Of a stretch of 64,000 nucleotides of DNA, positions 1 through 14,272 are shown piece after piece. Position 1 is the stretch's first letter; every line of letters starts with the position of its first letter. This stretch comes from Eledone cirrhosa (lineage: Eukaryota), in NCBI GenBank assembly GCA_964016885.1, contig OZ024742.1:63922001-63986000 (forward strand), written 5' to 3'. The notes below the pieces were generated by a model that was not told the origin of the DNA, did not search any database, and saw nothing but the letters and a program-made list of their open reading frames with translations. The position numbers were made by a program, and so were the translations under genes.

Positions 1-223
1 TATGGCTTTTTCGTGGCATTATATATTTTTTCGCGCTTTTTAACGCTAAATTATTAATAACAAAATACCGTGTTTGCCGGCCTATATTTTACGTTATGTT
101 TTGTCGTTTATAGGCATTTTTATGAACCACGTCCAATATTCGCGGTTTTTAATCTTCGTGGATGCTCTAGGAATAGGAACGTAAACCCCCCCCCCCCCCC
201 CCGCGAATACCAGTGGACAATTG
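1..223 (-). mobile_element. Tc1/mariner-type MITE, truncated by window edge (same family as 2530-2856 and 5300-8454)
   Basis: Reverse complement matches 2530-2720; terminus CAATTG followed by TA. Confidence 0.75.
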
Positions 224-483
224 TATATGAATGTATGTGTGTGTGTGTAGTTTAGTATCTTTTTAGTTTAATGATTCAGTCTAAATGTCGACGACACTGC
301 CACTTTTCTACTTATATATTTGAATGTTTTAAATACTACGAAATGTTAAACACATTTTCTAATATTTAATCTAATATACATATTTAGTTTAATATATATT
401 TAGTTTAATGTGTAGTTTAATTTAATATATATTTAACTAAATAGCTATTTAGTTCAGTTGCTGTTTTAGCAACGAGGTGGAGC

Positions 484-716
<233 letters not shown>

Positions 717-1234
717 GGGGGGGGGGAGGATGAGGAGGGGGAATCAATTGAATCGAGAAACGGTCAATGCTCGGAATCGAGCTGACGCTGCTGAATTCCA
801 ATGCTATAAACTTTTATTCTTTATGGCACGGGATACTGGATCTTACTTCACGGGGAATTATGATAGTATCTCAAGGATATCTTGTTGATGACTGCACCTC
901 GCATATTCCAGGTAATTTTTCATTCCGAATATTATTGTTCCATTGTCTAAGTGGTCTGATGGCGGGATTTGTTATGGAAAGATTAAATACCCAGACAAGA
1001 CTGGTATAGTCAATGAGGGTGAGTATGTTGTGGAGATGTTGCATTTAGTCCCTAGTATGTGTGTATGTATGTATGTCAGGTCGCTCTCGGGTGCTACTGG
1101 TAACATGTGACCCAGTACAACCTGTCTCATGGTTGGGTCGTCGGCGACTAAACTGGCAACCCCACCAAGCTCGATTGGTGAGGAGGATGATATTTGTACA
1201 CCCTGCAAAATGAATACAAGACCCAGCAAAGGGC

Positions 1235-1601
1235 GGATGAACTCAACAGTGTCAACGGCCATCAAAATAGTAATTTTTTTTTTTTTTCACCTAGCAGTGA
1301 AAGGCCCCCAGTTGTTGTCACAACACCTTTCTAGGAGAGGGAAACTCTGAAAATAAACCTGCAGCTTCGGAAGCATCCGATGATATTGACCAGTTCTCCT
1401 TTTCGGGTAGTGTTTTCGATACTCAGAGAGTGAGATTGGTCGAGTGCAAGGCCTCTCCCCACTTATAAAAACATTCAAAGTACAGGCATTGCTTTTCAGG
1501 ATATGTTATAGGTTTGTGTGACTGGCCGTAGCCTAAAGGTGCACCAAACTCTATAATCCTCCACGCAATTGTAGTACTGTTAACAGAGTTTGCAGTCATC
1601 A
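1235..1601 (+). mobile_element. Dispersed repeat, probable LINE 3' end running into (TA)n
   Basis: Clearly similar to 31676-32040; terminal GAGTTTG(C/T)AG(T/C)CA(T/C)CAT also resembles the end of 54527-54793. Confidence 0.55.
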
Positions 1602-1919
1602 TATATATATATTTATGTATGTATGCAGCTCTATGCCTCCAATATTAGGTGAAACAACATGCATGGTGTGCAAAAAAAAATCTGCAAATCAATTTCTGGT
1701 CTTAAAAGGCATATGAGGTACATAAGGATTACATCCAGCAAACTGACCGAATTAATCCAGTTACATTTGCTGCAGACCGTGCAAATCTGCAGCTGGACTT
1801 AAAAGAGGCCACGAACAGACGTTTGGAGCTGGTGACGGTTTATGGGGGCGCATCGGGAGACGGCAATGATCTGTAAATATGAAGCAATCACTATGTATGT
1901 ATGTATGTAATATATGTAT

Positions 1920-1961
<42 letters not shown>

Positions 1962-2396
1962 CATGCACGCACACACACACACACACACACGCACACATAT
2001 ATATATATTAATACACCTTTATATATATATATATTAAGGTGTTCACTCTCTAACAAAGCTGTATACATATAAGTATGTGTATTTTGTATATCTAGCGATA
2101 AACGGTATGTTTATGAATAAATATTTGAAAGCCTTCAGCTATGAATTTTGGAAACTGATGACGTAGAGCCATGTAGCGGATTTCAGCAAAAGCGAATGTG
2201 GGTAACTGTTGACGACCATCAATTCTGACTCTGGTCGTTATCGAAACAGTGCTCCTTATGCTGCTCTCTACTGGAACTCAATATAGGCGAAAACATAGTT
2301 TTGACACCTATACACATGGGCTGATTAGCCTCATTTGCATACAGAGCTGTCGGCCATATCGGCCGGAAAATAGAATTAAGGCAAACGTTTGCGGTC

Positions 2397-2460
<64 letters not shown>

Positions 2461-2529
2461 CGTGATGTTTGTGTGAGAGTATCTTTGTGTGCGCGCCTGT
2501 GTGTGTGTGTGTATTTCGGTATTTCTTGA

Positions 2530-2856
2530 CAATTGTCCTTCGGTATTCACGGGGGTTGCGTTCTTAGAGCACCCGCGAAGAGTGAAAAACTGCGAATGTT
2601 GGACGTGGTCCATAAAAATGCCTTATAAACGTCAAAACATAACGTAAAATATAGGCCGGCAAATACGGTATATTGTTATTAATAATTTAGCGTTAAAAAG
2701 CATGAAAAATATGTATTGTCACGGAAAAAGCCATCAATAAATCGCGAAGGATATTTACGATTCCGCGAATATGCGGTGGTTTCCACGAACAATTATTCGT
2801 TTGGTGCTATGGAAAATTCCGCGAATAACCGGGACCACGAATTCCAGGGTACACTG
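2530..2856 (+). mobile_element. Tc1/mariner-type MITE, uninterrupted ~330 bp copy
   Basis: CAATTG...CACTG|TA ends; colinear with the two halves 5300-5478 and 8289-8454. Confidence 0.75.
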
Positions 2857-3132
2857 TATATATATATACGTAACTAAGACTGTCAATTGCCTTAACTTGA
2901 ACATAAACAGATCTATACCAATCCAATTCTAACCACGAACTCACGCAAATATAATATTAGCTGATCGCACAGATGAACCTTTATGTGTGAGGTCTGTGAA
3001 CGGGTAACTCACACAACATGATATCAAGTTATGACATACATATAATTAACTAAGACCCTTATGTGTCCTAACTTGAACGTAAACAAATCTACACCAAACC
3101 GATGTAATCCACGAACTCAACCAAACGCAATC

Positions 3133-3252
3133 CATAAAATTACATTCGATCCCTCTCACCTCACCCATACCACATAAAATTACATTCGATCCCTCTCACC
3201 TCACCCATACCACATAAAATTACATTCGATCCCTCTCACCTCACCCATACCA
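3133..3252. repeat. 40-bp tandem repeat x3
   Basis: CATAAAATTACATTCGATCCCTCTCACCTCACCCATACCA at 3133, 3173, 3213. Confidence 0.95.
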
Positions 3253-3339
3253 CATAAAAACAAAGTAAAAATCACTCACGTCCTTCAAAACCATACCCTA
3301 ACCTTTCCGGCAAAGCTACAACCAGCTTGCATCAATTAC

Positions 3340-3423
<84 letters not shown>

Positions 3424-4018
3424 ACATCTGTATGCAACAGTGAAGATTCATGTAATGTTCTGTTTGTAAACTGACGTTATCGGCTTGTTCTTTCTTTTTT
3501 TCTGTTTGTGATGTTACTTTATCCGTATTACTTTCACAAATATAGTACAAAAGTTTGGAATAGTCTGAGATATTTTTGAAATTATTATACCGCGTACTGC
3601 AGATTCAGTTTCCGAAGATTCAAGTAAGGTTGAAAGCACAGTTACTTTGCTGTAAGTAATTCAATATAATAATATATAAGTGCATATGCAGGTATATATA
3701 TATATATATATATATATAAGAAATGTAAATCTGATCTTTTTGAATATTAATAATAATATTCGATTCGTTTGCTATTATGCAAATAGCCTCTTTAAGCCAT
3801 GTGAGTAGAATGACACCGCATTCTTGCGCTTATGTTAGCATATAAACAGAACGGCAGACACTAATGTTTCTGGGTGAACTTATACTGCTTACCTGCCAAC
3901 TGTCAGAGCTAGTGAAAATATGTGATATTTTTCGGAATATACACTGACTGATAGGCCTGATCTGCATATTAGCAGACCCACTGATCAGCGATAAAACTAT
4001 TTGTTAGTTATATATATA

Positions 4019-4400
4019 TTCGTAGGAAAATGGAAACACTCGGCGTATGTGAACTGTTAAAATATGCTCGGCAGATCTCAAACCTCTGCAGTTGCGACGA
4101 TTTTATCTCATTAAATCGTCGAAACTGCAAGGGGGTCGAGATCTGACGAGCATGTTTTAATGTTTGTGATCTATTCTCATTCATCCATTCTATTTCTTCC
4201 TTCCTATCTTCTTTTCTTCGAGTCAACTCACATCGAGCCGCCAATCTTTGTCCTTCGAGGTAATATTTTACCCAACACCGCTTCGACGGTATTTTGCTGT
4301 TTTAACAGCTCCCATACGCCGAGTTTTTCCATTTTCCTACGAATTCTAATACACTCCAGTCTCAAAACTCGATATGGCTGAAACAGGTAAAAGAGTATAC
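4019..4400 (+). mobile_element. Fold-back insert (arms ~4019-4068 / ~4298-4345) with one-sided tail and internal hairpin 4066-4152; probable PLE derivative
   Basis: TTCGTAGGAAAATGGAAACACTCGGCGTATG is inverted as CATACGCCGAGTTTTTCCATTTTCCTACGAA; left end in (TA)n. Confidence 0.55.
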
Positions 4401-4515
4401 TTTATTTCACGTTGCTTCTTCTACCTGGAGTTGCGACCGATAGATAGTATTAGCAATTGGAAAGACCAACGGAAACATTGTTCCCTCGGTCCGATTTGAC
4501 GAAAGTCGATCGTTC

Positions 4516-4555
<40 letters not shown>

Positions 4556-4943
4556 ACTTATTTTTCTGGACGTGACCTTATATAAAATTTATTTTTCTCT
4601 TACTATCTATTTCTCTTTCTCTCCTCCTCTTTCCCCCTCTTACAACTTTGCTAGCAAATCGCCTCTTTCTGTTCCTCATGGATGCTCATGGATGCTGTGC
4701 TGAGAATGAGAAAGAAAGAGAATTAGAGTGAGAGAAAAAGATTTAGAGTGATAAAGAAAGAATTAGAGAGAGATATAGAAAAACAGAGAAAGAAAAAGAG
4801 AGGGTGAGAGATCAAAGAAGACTAAAGGAGAAGTAAAAAAAAAACAAATACTACACAAGGGAAAAGAAAAATAGAGAAAGAGAGAGACACGCGTCAAGAT
4901 GGAAAAAGAGTGAGAGAGAGAGAGGAGAGAGAGGGAGAGATAT

Positions 4944-5008
<65 letters not shown>

Positions 5009-5832
5009 AACAGACGCAGATAAAGAGAGGTAGAGATGGTAAGAGTTTACATTAAAACACATTACTTTAATACAATATTGGCCTTTAATTTACTAACGCC
5101 ATATATTTAAAAGGATTCCTACAGCCAATTACTTGTCCATCTAGGAAGCCTCCCAAACTTCCATTTCAATCCGTCCATCAGGCTTTAAATTCTGTAGACT
5201 TCTTTCTCAATTTCTTTCATATAAGTCAGGCATTTCAATAACCTTTAATATATATGTGAATTACCGTCAATTTTTACGGGGCAGACTCACTAGTATATAC
5301 AGTTGTCCGCCACTATTCGCGGAGGTTACACTCCTAGAGCACCCGCGAAGAGTGAGAAACCGCGAATATTGGACATGGTCCATAAAAATGTCTATAAATG
5401 TCAAAATATAACGTAAAATATAATTTTAAAGAAGGAACCTCTTATGCGAAGGGGCGTCAAATAGACCGACAAATACAGTACAGGTACTCCTCATTTAACG
5501 ATCTACTCGTTTAACGATCTCTCGAAGTTACGAACAACTTCACGAATTACATATATTAGTTTAACAAAAATCTCTCGAAATTACGATTCGTTGACTCGTC
5601 AATAATATATTCGCTCAACGACAATATCTCGCAGTTACGATCCGCAGAGAACAGTGACAGCACAGTTGTGAGTGAAAGTGAACGCAGTTGTGTACGGTAA
5701 GTTGGGCTGAGGCAACCGGCAGTGCTGAGCAGCCTCCAGCTCATCACCTTTCGCAGCGTCATTCGCGTGTATCCACTGAACACAAGAAGTTACCAAGTAT
5801 TTTTTCGTTTCGATACCGTTATATCCCTCAAG

Positions 5833-7690
5833 ATGTCAGCAAAAAGAACCAGTACTACACCAGGACCTTATCCCAAGAAGTCAAGGAAATCCATTGTTAT
5901 AGAAACAAAGCTGAAGATCATCAGACAATATGAAGAAGGAGGTAAAGTGAACGCAATTGCTGCGAGAATGAACTTGGCATGTTCTACTATATCTACCATC
6001 CTCAATGACAAAGAACGAGTGAAGGAGACAGCCAAGAACACAACGGGATGCAATGCTTTGATAACAAGACAGCGAAAAGGCCTGGTACATGAAATAGAGA
6101 AATTGTTGGCCATGTGGTTTGATGAACAAATAGCCAAACGAATGCCAATGAGTCTTCATATTATTCAAAGCAAGGCGCGCAGCATCTTCGAGAAACTCAA
6201 GTCACGTGAGCGAGACGAGTGTACTGAAACGTTTACGGCAAGCCACGGTTGGTTCCAGCGATTTCGTCGTCGATTTAATTTGCACAACCGGCGTATTACT
6301 GGTGAAGCAGCAAGTACTGATACGGAAGCAGCAAAAACATTCCTCGATGTTTTAGACAAGATTATCGAGGAAGGAGACTATCGCCCGGAACACATTTTCA
6401 CTGTCGACGAAACTGGCCTCTTTTGGAAAAAAATGCCTGAAAGAATGTATCTTCACAAAGAGGCTAAAAGTATGCCCGGCTTCAAGGCATTCAAGGTTCG
6501 AGTGACGTTGCTTTTAGGCGGAAATATTGCGGGGCATAAGTTGAAACCATTTTTCATGTATCGCTCCCAAACCCCACGTGCATTAAAGAACGTGAACAAA
6601 CACACACTGCCAGTGTTTTATCGGGCAAACAACAAGGCATGGATGACGCAATCTTTGTTCGAGGACTGGTTCATCAACTGCTTTATACCAGCAGCCAGGG
6701 AATACTGCCTTGAAAACAACATTCCCTTCAAGATTCTACTTCTCCTCGATAATGCCCCAGGCCAGCCCCAACATATTGATGACCTGCATCCTAATGTTAA
6801 AGTAGTGTATCTGCCCAAAAATACGACGTCAATTCTTCAACCAATGGACCAGGGGGTGATATCTACTTTCAAGGTGGATTGGCAGTATCGGTAGAGGGTC
6901 GGACGCCATGCTTTCCAGCATAGTTACGTCCCTTTACTATCTGAGTTCAAATCCCTCCGAGGTTGACTTTGCCTTTCATCCTTACGGGGTCGATAAAATA
7001 AAGTACCAGTAATTGCTGGCCTTGTGCCTAAAGTAGAAACAATTATTTACGAACTACTTTTGCACAGGCAGTAACAGCAACGGAGGATGATGTAATGGAT
7101 CTTCGTGAATTTTGGAAAGATTTTAATATTGCCAACTGCATCAAGAACATCGACCGACCTTGGGGGGACGTGAGTGGAAAATGTATGAAAGGTGTCTGGA
7201 AAAAGTGCTTGAAAATGTTTGTTAATAATTTTGAAGGTTTTGATAAAAATTCAGATTTTGAAGTGATACGTAATAAAATTGTTGGTCTTGCTCAAAAGTT
7301 GCGGTTGGAAGTGGATGCGCAAGATGTGGAAAATTTAGTAAACTTTGTTGAAGAAGAATTGACTGACGAAGATTTAATAGAGTTGGAAGAGCAGCGACAT
7401 AGAGAAGAGTTGGAAGAAGCAGCAGAACAACCAGATGAGGAACAGAAAAAGTTCACTGTTAAGGGCTTGGCGGCACGCATATGAGTAAGGCGATGTCAGG
7501 ATTGGAGGCAATGGATCCTAACATTGAACGCTTGCCAAAATTTCAAAGACATTTGGAAGATGGACTACATTGCTATCGTGAAATTTATGATGAGAAAAAA
7601 AAGCAAACAAAACAGTCATCTATGCTGAGCTTTCTGGTGAAAACTCCGACTCCAACCCCACATACATACCAAATATCTGTAGTACTGTAA
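5833..7690 (+). pseudogene. Tigger (TIGD1-like) transposase: HTH-psq, CENP-B HTH, DD32D domain; disrupted by SINE and a frameshift near 7480
   Basis: Motifs FTASHGWFQRF, VDETGLFWK, LLLLDNAPG, QPMDQG; frame resumes LRTTFAQAV...DLREFWK after the SINE. Confidence 0.92.
6874..7046 (+). mobile_element. SINE family A inserted in the transposase
   Basis: GGCAGTATCGGTAGAGGGTCGGAC...GAGTTCAAATCC (B-box)...GACTTTGCCTTTCATCC...GGGGTCGATAAAATAAAGTACCAG; many copies in window. Confidence 0.9.
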
Positions 7691-9040
7691 TATGATGTGT
7701 ATTGTGTAAATAGCTTATCATACAAGAGAGAAAATAAAAAGATAACATGAAAAATATATTGCCGAGTGTTAAAGAGAGAAGCTATTCGGTGCCAATAAGG
7801 TAGCCTAGCCTAGCTTTGAAAACCTTGAAATCCACAGCTAAAACAAAAAGTAAGGCTTTAATATTCTTTATAAAGAAAAGCTATAGTGCTATGTATAACA
7901 TAGCATTTAAAGTTAAAAGGTAATAGTCAAAATAAAGAAACAATATATCCAGAATTATTCTGAACGTATATGACGAATGTTGGCCGAGCGAAAGGTTATT
8001 CAGTGCCCATAATATAGCCTCGCTTAAGGGTGAAAACCTTGAAATCCACAGCTAAAACAAAAAATAAGACTACTGTACAGTAATATACTTTATAAAGAAA
8101 AGCTATAGTTCTGTGTATATGATTTTAAGTTAAAAACTATTAATCGAAATAAAGAAACAATATCAAGAATATATACTGTACAGGCCTATATGCCCAATGT
8201 CGGCAGAAAGTCACTCGTTTAACGACCATTTCGCTTAACGAACGGGTCATTGGAACGTAACACGTTCGTTAAACGAGGAGTACCTGTAAGTTGTTATCAA
8301 TAATTTAATATATTGCCACGAAAAAAGGCATTAAAAAATCGCGGAAGATATTTACGATTCCGCGAATATGCGGTGATTTCCACGAACAATTATTAGTTAG
8401 GTTCTATGGAAAATTCTGCGAATAACCGGGACCGTGAATGCCGACTGCACACTGTATACATGTGTGTTTGTGTGTGTGTGCATGTGCGTGCGCATGTGTG
8501 TGCGTGGGCGGTTGTGTGTGGGGGGGGGGGGCTCTACATATATGCGTGTATCTGTAAAACAGCTTCAACGTAAGTTTGTACCATTAAGTGAAATGATATT
8601 CAACAAATTTTGCGAAAATGTATCTAAAATATAATGTTTTATTCAAAGCTATATTTGCAATGATCGACTGGCGATAAAGTGAAATATTTTATTGAACAAA
8701 TAATGGATAAATCAATCACCACATGATTCATTATCGTAAACATTTCCTGTTTACGATTTATAGATTGAGATATAGATTCTTTAATGTTTGTTGATATTCT
8801 GTAAACACGAGTATTACTGTACATTTCACTCAACCGGCATCACCATGGGCTCAGGTATTTGACAACCTAAAACTCAAGGTGGTGATATGGAAAGATACAC
8901 CATTGAAATTTGAATGGAAATTGTATACATATGTATGTGTGTCGGGGGAGGACGTGTATGTGTCCGTGTGTATATATGTATAAATATCAGTAACCCAGTT
9001 TGGCTGCAGTTTACTGATTGAGACAAATAAAATAATGAAA

Positions 9041-9511
<471 letters not shown>

Positions 9512-9512
9512 A

Positions 9513-9725
9513 AGCGTCTGGCTGAGTGGTTAGAGAGTTGGATTCACAATCTTCAGGTTGTGAATTCGATTCCTGGACCGGGCCATGCGTTATGTCCTTG
9601 AGCAAGACATTTTATTTCACGTTGCTCCTTCTACCTGGAGTTGCGACCGATAGATAGTACTCGCAACTGGAAAGACCGACGAAAACATTGTTTCCTCGGT
9701 CCGATTTGACGTAAGTCGATCGATC

Positions 9726-9728
<3 letters not shown>
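9513..9728 (+). mobile_element. tRNA-derived SINE family B with CORE-like central domain
   Basis: A-box TGGCTGAGTGG, B-box ATTCGATTCC, TGTCCTTGAGCAAGACA resembling the MIR CORE; tail repeated at 4400-4518. Confidence 0.8.
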
Positions 9729-9757
<29 letters not shown>

Positions 9758-9764
<7 letters not shown>

Positions 9765-10533
9765 CAAGTTTGAAGAATTATTAGATAAAATACATAGTCT
9801 TTCCTCTCCCTAGTCTGTAGAAATCAACCACATAAATAATCATTTAAACGGGGCTATAAGTTTAAAATGTAACTATGAAGAAGTAATAGACAAATGATAC
9901 AGACTATTTTCCGCGAGGGACAGCCAGATAAAATTTATCTAGTCATTCCTTTTAGCCCGTAGAAATTGACTAGAAAAATAATCAACTAAACGGAGTTAGG
10001 TCTAAAATATAAGTTGGAAATTTTAGTTGACTCGGGGTGTCTCTTGATAAGTTCTAAGTCTCGTGGATAAATCCCCGATCGGATATATCCGCAATAAAGG
10101 AACGAAACTGCCAGCAGTCGGGACAAGAGGAATTTTGGTAAAGTTTATATGCATTTTTTCTTCTAACTTATATTTTATACCTAACTCCGTTTAGTTGATT
10201 ATTTCTCTAGTCATTTTCTACGGGCTAAAAGGAATGATTAGGTAAATTTTATCTGGCTGTCCCTCGCGGAAAATAGTCTGTATCATTTTTCTATTATTTC
10301 TTCATAGTTACATTTTAAACTTATAGCCTCGTTTAAATGATTATTTATGTGGTTGATTTCTACGTACTAGGGAGAGGAAAGACTGCATATATTTTATCTA
10401 ATAATTCTTCAAACTTGCAATTTTATATATACCTCTGATTAATAATTATTTGCTTAATTAATTCTTTCATTGAGCCACATCGTGAAAGGTAGCCACACCA
10501 CACTCATATATGTATCTGTGACTATGTCTAAAT
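9758..10533 (+). mobile_element. Fold-back element (arms ~9758-10020 / ~10155-10428) plus tail, in (TA)n; probable non-autonomous PLE
   Basis: ~265-bp inverted repeat; relatives at 17690-18285. Confidence 0.75.
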
Positions 10534-10697
10534 ATATATATATATTAGGACTGGTGCTCTGAAATAGCGATGTATACATGTATAGTATATTTGGCAATAT
10601 ACTGTATGCTTAATTAAAAACATTTTGAAGACCATGCGCTATTATTTTAAAGTAGTGACTATGTCACTTACTTCCTTTTTCAACAAACGAAGGGAGA

Positions 10698-10743
10698 TAA
10701 GCTGACAGATCTGTTTCACACTGTTGGTGATCATCAGAGCTTA
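10698..10743 (-). ncRNA. Type I minimal hammerhead ribozyme
   Basis: UAAGCU CUGAUGA ...GAA ACAGAUCUGU C AGCUUA: 6-bp stem I, palindromic stem III, GUC triplet; stem II weak. Confidence 0.8.
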
Positions 10744-10896
10744 GCACTCGGCGACGTTTGTTGAAAATTATAGAGGCTGGATTCTTATAGAATTCCAGTA
10801 ATAATCAGGAACTGATTATACAGAGCGATTGCCGGTTATTACTGGAATTCTATAAGGATCCAGCCTCTATAATTTTCAACAAACGTCGGCGAGTGC

Positions 10897-10942
10897 TAAG
10901 CTCTGATGATCACCAAGAGTGTGAAACAGATATGTCAGCTTA
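10897..10942 (+). ncRNA. Type I hammerhead ribozyme (mirror copy)
   Basis: TAAGCT CTGATGA TCACCAAGAGTGT GAAACAGATATGTC AGCTTA. Confidence 0.75.
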
Positions 10943-11061
10943 TCTCCCTTCGTTTGTTGAAAAAAGAAGTGACATAGTCACTACTTTAAAATAATAGCGC
11001 AAGGTCTTCAAAATGTTTTTAATTAAGCATACAGTATATTGCCAAATATACTATACATATA

Positions 11062-11154
<93 letters not shown>

Positions 11155-11280
11155 ATGTGTGTGTATTATAAAGAGTCGGGATCCCGACGGCTGAGCTCTT
11201 GCCGTTTCAACAGCTAGTTGCAGACTATCGAATACCCTGGTGAGGTACGATCAAACCAGTTTCAAACTGAATCCATCCTG

Positions 11281-11361
<81 letters not shown>

Positions 11362-11941
11362 GTATAATAAACAATACAATATAATTACCTCATTACCAGA
11401 GGTTTCCCGAATAAGACAAATACAAAAAACGTCCTCATTCGTTCATCGGACAAGGCAATTTAAAACATAGTGAAATATTTGAAAAATCTCCTCAAGAAAA
11501 GCAAAAGTTTGACGGCCAAAAAAAATTATAAATGAAAGTAATGCAAGAGATATATAAAAAAAAAAAGGAAATATAGTTAGGGTATGTGTATAAATGTGTG
11601 TATATTCACTCACAAATGTACATATGTGTGTATGTACAAATGCATGTGTATAGTAAAAATGTGTGCGTAAGTACATATATGAGGGCAAGCATATCAGTGT
11701 ATGTGTGACCACAAATACGTATATAATATAAGTTGAAAAAGAAATTGTAAGATATTATAGTTAACATACATCCAGATTCAGGTATAAAATATATACACAT
11801 ACAAGTATGAAAGCACGCGTATAAACACACACACACGCGCGATCACATATATGCGAATGATATACAGGGAAGGGAGTGTATTAGTCAAAGGAGTGTCAGT
11901 CTGAGGCTCGATACATGTATAAAAATGTAGCAATATATGAG

Positions 11942-11987
<46 letters not shown>

Positions 11988-12133
11988 ATACTTTGGGAGG
12001 GTCATGTTGCCAATAAGAAACACACGCACCAGTTGTTTTCACTTCAATTTATTATAATAAATTTATAAATTTAGGAATTTATAAATTTCTGGTTGGTTGG
12101 TTGGTTCCACAACCAGATAGTTGTTTATATATT

Positions 12134-12176
12134 GTCAAAGTTCTTTCGTCACACATTCTGTGACCTCTTCAGTGAC
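12134..12176 (-). ncRNA. Type I hammerhead in inverted pLTR
   Basis: Reverse complement of 13574-13616 (one substitution in stem III). Confidence 0.7.
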
Positions 12177-12381
12177 TGGGGATTCTTTTCTTTGTTTTTG
12201 TGCCTCTCCTTTGTTCTGTCCTACGCCATTTTGTGTGTTGTGTGCTCAGTCTGCGCATGCGCCACATCCGGGTGTCTGTGTGTGTTTATATTCGTTTATT
12301 TATTTGTTTATTTACATGTTACCGGTTGGTTGTTTGTTCTATGTGCGTGTGTGTTTTCATTTTGTCCTTAATTGTAAGTTG

Positions 12382-13372
12382 TAAACACCCCAACCATCGA
12401 TTACCTGTACTAGACACAGAGCTCTGGTTAAATACCATTAATAACAAAAAACAAATCCTCCATTCCCATTATGCCAAACCCATGACTTCCAAACATCTGA
12501 TCCACCGAAACTCAGCTGTTTCGGACCATACCAAAATAAACATACTGATTGCGGATTTGGTACGGGTGATGAGAAACGTGTCCCGCATGTGCAACCCCGA
12601 AGAACTAGAAAGACACATACAACACTTCATCCACCGTATGCAGTTCTCTGGTTACAATCAGAGAGATAGAATCAGAGTGTATAGAGGAGTCAGAACCAAA
12701 TGGGAAAAAATGGTAAATAATGACATAAATGGGACCTGCCCCTTGTATAGGAGCAAATTTTGGAATAGAATAGAAAGAACTATGAATAAGGCTAATAGAA
12801 TAAACTCATGGTATGATAGCAATAAATACCAGAGTGTAATGTTCATCGATACAACCCCTAGAGGTGAATTAGCTTACAGATTTAGAAGGGCCCTAGATAA
12901 ACATAAACTCAATATTAAGATAGTAGAAAGACCAGGTACCTCCGTAAAAACATTTATTAGCAAGACATACCCTTTTCAAAGACCCCACTGTATAGATAAG
13001 AAATGTATAACCTGTAAAATAAGCCCCCATATTAACTGTAAAACTAGAAATGTAGTATATAGCATAAGATGTACTGAAGGACAATGTAGAGACAAAAATA
13101 TAGTGTACATAGGTGAGACAGCTCGTAGTGTAGGGGAACGGATAAATGAACACTGGCGAGACCTTCAAGATAGTAAAGAATCATATGTACTCTACCAACA
13201 TGCTAAAATAGAACATAAGGGTAAATTAGAGAACATAGAAATAAAAATAGAATCTACACACAGAAAAGACGCAATGTTTAGACAAATCACAGAGGCAATA
13301 AACATAAAAGAATTACAACCAAAATTAAATAGAAAATATGAGTGTAACAGCAACATCACAACTTACAATTAA
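12382..13372 (+). CDS. PLE ORF C-terminal part: RT thumb, linker and GIY-YIG endonuclease (5'-truncated)
   Basis: LPVLDTELW, HYAKPM, NVVYSIRC...VYIGETARSVGERINEH, RQITEAINIKELQPKLN; ORF-track N-terminus 12200-12381 is inverted pLTR. Confidence 0.9.
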
Positions 13373-13573
13373 GGACAAAATGAAAACACACACGCACATA
13401 GAACAAACAACCAACCGGTAACATGTAAATAAACAAATAAATAAACGAATATAAACACACACAGACACCCGGATGTGGCGCATGCGCAGACTGAGAACAC
13501 AACACACACACAGAAACAAAATGGCGTAGGACAGAACAAAGGAGAGGCACAAAAACAAAGAAAAGAATCCCCA

Positions 13574-13616
13574 GTCACTGAAGAGGTCACAGAATGTGTG
13601 ACGAAAGATCTTTGAC
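13574..13616 (+). ncRNA. Type I hammerhead in pLTR
   Basis: GTCA CTGAAGA G GTCACA gaatg TGTGAC GAA AGATCT T TGAC. Confidence 0.8.
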
Positions 13617-13818
13617 AATATATAAACAACTATCTTGTTGTGGAACCAACCAACCAGAAATTTATAAATTCCTAAGTTTATAAATTTATTATAATAAATT
13701 GAATTGAAAGCAACTGGTGCGTGTGTTTCTTATTGGCAACATGGCCCTCCCAAAGTATAACAATATCGGTTTCATCACACGTTTTCAGAAAAAGAATCTT
13801 GCTAAACAAATTCAGAAA

Positions 13819-13871
<53 letters not shown>

Positions 13872-14237
13872 GTGTAGAAGTAAACACAGTAAACCCGTGT
13901 CTAAAATTACGAGGGTAGATTACACCACAAATGTTATATATCATTCAACCTGAATCATATGGGATTTTACAAGATTTCTTACAAGATTTCTCATACATAC
14001 CATATCAATAACCATTTCATCTCCGAGTTTACTGTGTTTACTTCTACACATATTAATATTATAATTGTTTCTACTTTAAGCACAAGGCCAGCAATTACCC
14101 AGTGCATTACTGGTACTTTATTTTATCGACCCCGTAAGGATGAAAGGCAAAGTCAACCTATTATAATGCTCAGTATTTATACTTTGAGCTTGTTAATTGC
14201 AGGGTATCTATATGAGTTGTTAACTCTATATTTTATT

Positions 14238-14271
<34 letters not shown>

Positions 14272-14272
<1 letters not shown>

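Larger units (their letters stand above)
5481..8286 (+). mobile_element. Tigger/pogo DNA transposon, full length
   Basis: TIR CAGGTACTCCTC(A/G)TTTAACGA at both ends, TA duplication at 5479-80 and 8287-88, internal transposase. Confidence 0.95.
5300..8454 (+). mobile_element. MITE split by Tigger insertion
   Basis: 5300-5478 plus 8289-8454 rejoin to match 2530-2856. Confidence 0.8.
10545..11058. mobile_element. Near-perfect palindrome (arms 10578-10806 / 10834-11058) with hammerhead in each arm and short tail 10545-10577
   Basis: Direct reverse-complement match; flanked by (TA)n. Confidence 0.85.
11982..13820 (+). mobile_element. Penelope-like element, 5'-truncated, with inverted pLTR (11982-12381 vs 13359-13766) and tail 13767-13820, in (TA)n
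   Basis: Inverted ~400-bp arms, GIY-YIG ORF, hammerheads. Confidence 0.92.

Noticed and set aside
2150-2305. Hammerhead at CTGATGA near 2156
   Set aside because: Could not form convincing stems I and III by eye; same for CTGACGA near 4143 and CTGATGA near 53046-53052 (-).
10545-11058. Classical DNA MITE interpretation of the palindromes
   Set aside because: One-sided tails, hammerheads and shared architecture with ORF-bearing PLEs favour a retroelement origin.
12200-12381. Hydrophobic Cys-rich N-terminus of the 390-aa ORF
   Set aside because: Fortuitous read-through of the inverted pLTR; same for the first 14 aa of ORF 29773-31515.
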